This document shows, piece after piece, positions 58,494-64,000 of a stretch of 64,000 nt of DNA (the stretch's first letter is position 1; each line of letters begins with the position of its first letter). The stretch covers positions 3,360,001 through 3,424,000 of the forward strand of contig CATQHZ020000001.1 in the NCBI GenBank assembly GCA_958296135.2, read 5' to 3'. Origin of the DNA: an uncultured Poribacteria bacterium (GTDB lineage Bacteria; Poribacteria; WGA-4E; WGA-3G). The notes under the pieces are model-generated. The model ran no database searches and had not been told where the DNA came from. It was given only the letters and a program-made list of their open reading frames with translations. The position numbers and the translations under genes were made by a program.

Positions 58494-59450
58494 CTATTCA
58501 TCTTTCAATCGCGAAAAAATCGCCTGAACCCACAGCGGAATCATCAACTCGTGATGCCCCGTAAACGTATACCCATGCCCCCCCATCTCCGTCGGACGCT
58601 TGACGACGTTCTCCACTGGCCGATACTGCTGTTGCATATCAAAATTCGCAGTCGTAAAATGAGATACCGTATGCCCCAGATTGCGAGCTATCGTTAACGC
58701 TTTCAAGAAAACTTCCGGCAGCATCACGGCGGAACCGAAGTTTAGCACAACGCCTCCGCCTTCCAAGCGCGTTATCATCTCTGTTAACAGACGGAAATCA
58801 GTAAAACTCGCCTCGCCGATAGCGGCACCATTTGCCGCAGGATGCTGATGGATAATATCCGTGCCGATGGCGACATGCACCGTTATGGGCACATCGTAGC
58901 GAATCCCCGCGGCGAGCAGACTGTAATCGGTGTAGGGCGCATCCATTTCAACAAGCAACTTGCCCAATGCTTCTCCCATCCCGATGCCGGTATCGACAGC
59001 ACGCTGAATTGCCTCGTTCATCAAGCGTCCTGTCTCTTCCCACATGCCAAATTGCCCGGTTTGGAGATATGCGCCGACATCCTCCGAGGTCTCGCCGATA
59101 AGAGCTATCTCAAAATCGTGGATGCTGCTCGCGCCGTTAAAGGCAAAGCCGGTAATCACGCCGCGCTTTGCCAATGCGATTAACAGCGGGCTCAATCCGC
59201 ACTTGATGACATGTCCTCCCATCATCACGATAACCGGTTTTTGCTGCTGATGTGCAGCGACGATGGTATCAACAAGTGCCAAAAAATCGGGTGCCTTCAA
59301 AATGCGCGGGAGACTCTCCAAAAACGGGGACAAGTCTACCGCCGGACCTGGCACGGTTGCAAAATTGTGAATGGAGACTTTGTTGATGCGTTCCTGAAGG
59401 GGATAGGTAGTTACGGCGGATAAGTCAATCGGACTCGGGCGTTTTTTCAT
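58494..59450 (-). CDS. Deoxyhypusine synthase-like fold protein of unknown function
   Basis: MMGGHVIKCGL, IHDFEIA, HVAIGTDIIH, GSAVMLPEVFLK, GHHELMIP. Confidence 0.65.
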   Translation of the reverse strand: MKKRPSPIDLSAVTTYPLQERINKVSIHNFATVPGPAVDLSPFLESLPRILKAPDFLALVDTIVAAHQQQKPVIVMMGGHVIKCGLSPLLIALAKRGVITGFAFNGASSIHDFEIALIGETSEDVGAYLQTGQFGMWEETGRLMNEAIQRAVDTGIGMGEALGKLLVEMDAPYTDYSLLAAGIRYDVPITVHVAIGTDIIHQHPAANGAAIGEASFTDFRLLTEMITRLEGGGVVLNFGSAVMLPEVFLKALTIARNLGHTVSHFTTANFDMQQQYRPVENVVKRPTEMGGHGYTFTGHHELMIPLWVQAIFSRLKDE

Positions 59451-59537
59451 GTTTTTCCAACGGGTTACGGGGGCTACGAGGTGGGAATGTTTACGTCCGC
59501 CACGTGAACCAACCGAAATGAAAACGAAATCGCCTTG

Positions 59538-59918
59538 CTACTCCGCCGCCTGAAATTCAAAAGCGTTCTCGATCTGCTCAAGGTGCAACAACTTCAACCG
59601 GGACGACAGGTGAATGGCGATAACATCAAAACGGCAGAGAGCATCTAACAAATTTTGAGACTGTAGATATGCCAGAGCAATTTTGGAAATCTGCTGCTGT
59701 TTGCGGAGAGTTACGGCATCTTGCGGCAGCCCAAACTTGAGGCTGCGGCGCGTTTTAACTTCTACAAAAACGATACAATCACCATCTCGCGCCACTAAGT
59801 CAATTTCACCACGTTGCGCGCGGTAATTCTGCGCAAGAATGTGATACCCTTTCTTCTGAAGGTGCGCCGCCGCGAATCCCTCTCCAATCTTGGCAACGTC
59901 TGAACGTGAAGGACGCAT
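59538..59918 (-). CDS. yraN: YraN family protein (UPF0102)
   Basis: GE..AA..L, GEIDLVA, FVEVKTR, RFDVIAI, IENAF. Confidence 0.92.
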   Translation of the reverse strand: MRPSRSDVAKIGEGFAAAHLQKKGYHILAQNYRAQRGEIDLVARDGDCIVFVEVKTRRSLKFGLPQDAVTLRKQQQISKIALAYLQSQNLLDALCRFDVIAIHLSSRLKLLHLEQIENAFEFQAAE

Positions 59919-60013
59919 TTGTGTCTCTCGTTTTTGGACAGTTTACGTGTCTATGGGTGGATATAGAAATCCACCCTTACATTTCAGAATGGAAGTCGCG
60001 ACAGGGAGCGCGT

Positions 60014-61291
60014 CTACTGCCCGATAGCGTAAAGCGCGTCATAAGTCCGCAGATAGAGCGTGCCATCAGCAATGACTGGCGATGCCGCAATGGGTTCACC
60101 AACCTCATTCGTCGCGACAATTTCAAAATCACGTCCAGCCTTGACAACGTTCACAACACCATCGCGGGATGTCAGGTAGATAAACCCATCGGCGTAGATA
60201 GGCGACGCGCGGTGCCGGTGCCGATGCGTGCGTTCCCGATAGAGCCGCTTCCCCGTCTTCGCATCTAGACACAGTAAATCGCCGTTCTCTCGGCACAGGT
60301 AGACGAATCCATCGTGGATAAGTGGCGAGGGGACATCCGGGGTGCCTTGTGGAAGTTTCCAGATTTGCCATTTGCTGTCGGTGATGTCCGCGCCTTGCGC
60401 CCCCGGGGCGATGCCCAAAACCGGGCCGTTTTTCGCGGAAGGCACCACAATGAGCCCTTCAGTTGCAACCGGTGAAGCCACAAAACGGAGTGAATAGTTG
60501 TAACTTGCTTCAGGATTTAGCCCACCGCATCGCCAGATTTCACTACCATCTTCAAGGCTGTGCGCCGTGACATAATCAGCACCAAGCACAACGAGGAATT
60601 CGCGTTCAGCGTCCCGATAGAGAATCGGCGAGGTATAGGCGTGCTCGCATTCAGCGGTGGCATCGCTGTCACGGTGATGCTTCCAAATCTCTGCCCCGGT
60701 CGCTTTGTCAAGCGCTAAAACCAGCCACGCGTTGCTATGGATAAGTTGGATGTAAAGCCTATTCTTGTCAAGCAACGGCGTTGTTGACATAACAAAGTAG
60801 AGGTCGAAGGTGCCGTAACGTTCCGCCAGGTTCGTCTGCCAGACCTGGTTTCCCTCAACGTCATGGCATGCGAGGTTACCGTTGCCGATGAACGTCCAGA
60901 CGTGTTCGCCATCGGTTGAAGGGGAGGGTGCAGCGAAATTGCCTTCACCGCCACGCACAACGCGGTTGCCGTGGCCTAAGGTGCGTTTCCAGAGCACTTC
61001 TCCCGCAGTACTGACACATAACAAGACGAGCGCGTCCCCTTCAGCCGAGGTGAGGAAAATCTTGTCTTTCCACACTGCAGGTGTGGCCGCTCCTTCACCG
61101 GGCAACGGCAAACGCCATTTGACATTCTCGGTACGGTTCCAATGGATAGGCACATCGGTTTCATGACTCGTGCCGTTGTTACGCGGACCACGCCACTGAG
61201 GCCAGTTGTCGGCGAAACTGTTCGCCGCAATTGTCAACATGAAGAGGCATAAGAGCAGTGCCGCTCCGTTTTTCAAAATACGTGTCTGCAT
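60014..61291 (-). CDS. Secreted PQQ-like beta-propeller (BamB-like) protein
   Basis: DNWPQWRGP..NG, repeated LD..TG...W blades, ASP.IADG.LYLRT. Confidence 0.88.
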   Translation of the reverse strand: MQTRILKNGAALLLCLFMLTIAANSFADNWPQWRGPRNNGTSHETDVPIHWNRTENVKWRLPLPGEGAATPAVWKDKIFLTSAEGDALVLLCVSTAGEVLWKRTLGHGNRVVRGGEGNFAAPSPSTDGEHVWTFIGNGNLACHDVEGNQVWQTNLAERYGTFDLYFVMSTTPLLDKNRLYIQLIHSNAWLVLALDKATGAEIWKHHRDSDATAECEHAYTSPILYRDAEREFLVVLGADYVTAHSLEDGSEIWRCGGLNPEASYNYSLRFVASPVATEGLIVVPSAKNGPVLGIAPGAQGADITDSKWQIWKLPQGTPDVPSPLIHDGFVYLCRENGDLLCLDAKTGKRLYRERTHRHRHRASPIYADGFIYLTSRDGVVNVVKAGRDFEIVATNEVGEPIAASPVIADGTLYLRTYDALYAIGQ

Positions 61292-61455
61292 GATACAACT
61301 CCGTTTTATGCATGTTTAGTCCCGATTCAAGGAAACCACATTTCCACGGGTAGGCGGGTTCTCCCAGTATGGACAACTCCCATTCGGCAAACGAAAGGGC
61401 TAAGTAAACCGGCCGAATGCCGCAGACACCGCCCCGGTGGCAGCCGGCTTGCCGT

Positions 61456-61743
61456 TTATTTTCGGGCGTGAGTCTTACCGTTTTCGGCTTCTTCGGCGCG
61501 TTGTTCCGCCGCTTTCGCGCGTTGTTCCGCCGCTTCGGCGCGTCGTTCGGCTTCTTCGACACGTTTCTTCGCTTGTAAGTAATACATCAGCACTCGCTCC
61601 AGAATCTTCGCACCGACGACAATCAGAAAAGATACGGCAGCAGCAAAAAGCACCAGATGATGAAACACATCTTTCGCAATATGAACATCAGGAGTGCCAG
61701 CAGCGATACCGACACGTATCGTTTGCCAGACAGCCCAAGGCAC
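61456..61743 (-). CDS. Small membrane protein with a heptad-repeat tail
   Basis: One TM helix, then AERRAEAAEQRAKAAEQRAEEAE (21-bp repeats). Start uncertain. Confidence 0.5.
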   Translation of the reverse strand: MPWAVWQTIRVGIAAGTPDVHIAKDVFHHLVLFAAAVSFLIVVGAKILERVLMYYLQAKKRVEEAERRAEAAEQRAKAAEQRAEEAENGKTHARK

Positions 61744-61809
61744 ATAAACGCTAGCGATACCGCTTTCTTGTCAAATGAATAATCTCCTTTAATTGGACGC
61801 GCCGTTTTT

Positions 61810-63717
61810 CTACTCTTCAACTGAATTGCCTTGATAGTACCGTCCAAGCACCTCATTCGCAAGGCTTCTACCGTTTTCAATAACACGGGCGGCGAAATCC
61901 AGCGTGACTTTCTCGAGCCCGGCTTCTTGCGCGCGCTGTTCAATGCGCGTCTGCGTGATATTCCGCATAAAACCGCCGGGGACTAAGTGCAACCGCTCCA
62001 CTGCAGCCTCGGTCCACTCAACAAGACTCTCAAAGTGCGCCGTGGCAGATTCGGGCTGTGTCCGCGCCGACGCGCCTACCGCCCTGAGTTCAGGCGCGTC
62101 TTCTCGCACCGCCGCCGCTTCGCCCATGTTCTCATCAATAATTTGCGTAGCGAACGCGTTCGTGATAGTGCCGGTCTTTTGGGAACGTGCGGACTTCTCA
62201 ATACGTGCTTTGACATTTCGACGCATATAGCCGCGCGGCACGCGCCGCAACGCCTTCTTCGCCTGTTCTGACCATTTGAGGCGAACGCCGTCAAACGTCT
62301 CCTCTTCCGCCGCGCCGCCCTCATCAACAGCGATGTGCTCCAACGCACTCTTGTCCACCTTATGAAAACGTTCCGTAGGCGAACTACACACCGGACAGTG
62401 GACAGGCTCTTGGGCATGCGCTGCGTAGCCGCATTCGCCACAGATGTAAGTTTCCACGGACTCCGATTCCAAAAGTTTCTGCTCGGCGAGTGTTTTGGCG
62501 ACGCGCGTCAGTTTTTCAGAGGAACGAGCCGGCATAATCGCCTCCATCGCCTTGTCAATAACGCTCTCGGTAATTACGGAATGCCCGCGCTCAATGGCGA
62601 ACCGATGAACTGCCGTCTTCGCTATGCCTCGCACCAGCGGCGGTGCCTTCGCCATTCTATCCAACGCCTCTTGTGTCCAGACGAGGGTCTCCTCCGCCTT
62701 CACGTCAATCTGTGGGAAATAGCGTTGACTTGACAACAAGACATTACACGGCGCAAGACGCAGCAGATTCTCCGCATTGCTACCTATGTCCATATCTTGC
62801 TCACTATGAACGCCGATGCGGCCTAAGACGAGGAGCCACGGGCCGGTTTTGCGGGCGTACTGCAGAATCTTTTCGTATCCCTTTCCATCAAGCAGCGTAA
62901 TTTTAAGCGCGTAGTCGTGTTCATCTTTGGCGATAGCGCGGGAAACCTCCAGGTGCGACTGATAAATCTTCGCCAGCCCAGTATCAATCACGTCTTCGTG
63001 CAGTTGTTCCTGCTCCTTAAACCGGAAGGTGCGCGCAGCACGCTCCGTCAACACATTCACAACAGAATTGAAGACGATGTAGTGCAAATAAGGGTCGTAG
63101 ACACCCACGGCTTCCACCTGTTTGTTAAACGCCTGCCCGAGGTGGAGCGCGGTTTTCAAACCTGCGAAAGATTCAGGGCTACCGTCAATACCGACGAGGA
63201 TATTGCCGTTTTGTTCTTCTATCGGTTCCAGGTTCCGGACGACGAGGGTATCGGTAGTGACGCGCCGGACAACGCGTTCACAGACACCGCCAATAAGGCT
63301 ATCCTTGACAGCCCCCATGCCGAGCGCGCCCATAATCACCATATCATAGTCGCTGTCCTGAATGTCCTCTACCAATTTGATGAAGTGTTTTCCCTCCGGC
63401 ATTTTCGCTTCAAACGGAATGTCAAACGCCGCGCACTTCTGCTTCATCACCTCAAGGTAGGAATCAGAAATGAGTTGCAACCCCATTGTGATGAGGGTAT
63501 CATGGATGCGGCGCTGCTTTTCGAGCTCCACTTCGTCCTGATACTCCTCCGGCAGGGTGTATTCCATCTGTTTAAAGCGCACGTCGTGCATTTTTGCAGC
63601 GTAAACGTGCGAACCTACCAGATGTGAGCCGAACTTCCTCGCGAACTCTACCGCCAAGGCGATACTTGCATCGGAGTAGTCCGAATTATCAACGGGAACA
63701 TAAATTTTCTTTAGCAT
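61810..63717 (-). CDS. Tandem universal stress protein fused to PCP_red-like repeats and a rubredoxin-like domain
   Basis: Two USP domains (IYVPVDNS; ILVGIDGS), three W(T/S)..A...L..VP...R repeats, CGECG...CPVC. Confidence 0.82.
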   Translation of the reverse strand: MLKKIYVPVDNSDYSDASIALAVEFARKFGSHLVGSHVYAAKMHDVRFKQMEYTLPEEYQDEVELEKQRRIHDTLITMGLQLISDSYLEVMKQKCAAFDIPFEAKMPEGKHFIKLVEDIQDSDYDMVIMGALGMGAVKDSLIGGVCERVVRRVTTDTLVVRNLEPIEEQNGNILVGIDGSPESFAGLKTALHLGQAFNKQVEAVGVYDPYLHYIVFNSVVNVLTERAARTFRFKEQEQLHEDVIDTGLAKIYQSHLEVSRAIAKDEHDYALKITLLDGKGYEKILQYARKTGPWLLVLGRIGVHSEQDMDIGSNAENLLRLAPCNVLLSSQRYFPQIDVKAEETLVWTQEALDRMAKAPPLVRGIAKTAVHRFAIERGHSVITESVIDKAMEAIMPARSSEKLTRVAKTLAEQKLLESESVETYICGECGYAAHAQEPVHCPVCSSPTERFHKVDKSALEHIAVDEGGAAEEETFDGVRLKWSEQAKKALRRVPRGYMRRNVKARIEKSARSQKTGTITNAFATQIIDENMGEAAAVREDAPELRAVGASARTQPESATAHFESLVEWTEAAVERLHLVPGGFMRNITQTRIEQRAQEAGLEKVTLDFAARVIENGRSLANEVLGRYYQGNSVEE

Positions 63718-64000
63718 TTTTTAGTCTCTTTTTGCTCAGGATGCAACCGGTTGCAACGCAAACCCCAATAGCCACCGATGAGATGGGCCAACAACGTCGC
63801 TGTCCAGAGGTAAACCATCGCGGTTTGCCACTCCCAATTGAGGATAAACCGCCGCGCAACGATATTCAGCACAATCGGAATGTAGAGGCACCGGCTCCAC
63901 GGGCGACTGAATTTTTTATACCGGACGCGATAGAAACCGAACGGGAAGTGAATCAGAAAAACCGCGACGGAAATCAGCAGATTCGGAACGTTATTTAGCA
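63711..64000 (-). CDS. Small membrane protein (5' end outside the window)
   Basis: Manual translation LNNVPNLLISVAVFLIHFPFGFYRVRYKKFSRPWSRCLYIP...*. Stop overlaps the USP gene start. Confidence 0.65.
   Translation of the reverse strand, partial: LNNVPNLLISVAVFLIHFPFGFYRVRYKKFSRPWSRCLYIPIVLNIVARRFILNWEWQTAMVYLWTATLLAHLIGGYWGLRCNRLHPEQKETKKC

Overview
Bacterial chromosomal window of roughly 55-60% GC (estimated by eye), very probably from Candidatus Poribacteria or a close relative. That is an inference from three secreted proteins ending in a VEPxxKLxxTWxxLK-type motif, WD40/TPR/PQQ-propeller/PhyH/Uma2 proteins, and dense GTAG/GTAA-type REP hairpins. Housekeeping genes: lpxD (partial), skp, bamA, ilvE, lolD, lolE/C, lysS, prfB with its canonical +1 frameshift, lnt, rqcH, glyA, folC, hppA, ilvD, rfbB, yraN. 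Accessory content: a solo Type IIG-like restriction-modification gene followed by an iteron-like repeat cluster, a decayed Type III R-M/toxin-antitoxin locus, and a duplicated orphan antitoxin-like pair. The most interesting feature is a ~1.59-kb transposase-less IS607-like TnpB element (26334-27919). It splits a secreted-protein gene whose two halves are intact and rejoin exactly in frame. Where tnpA would be, it carries a ~250-nt highly structured segment with a duplicated, covarying hairpin module, making it a candidate IStron or novel TnpB-linked RNA. No rRNA, tRNA or CRISPR array was seen. All calls come from reading the sequence; no database searches or folding programs were run.
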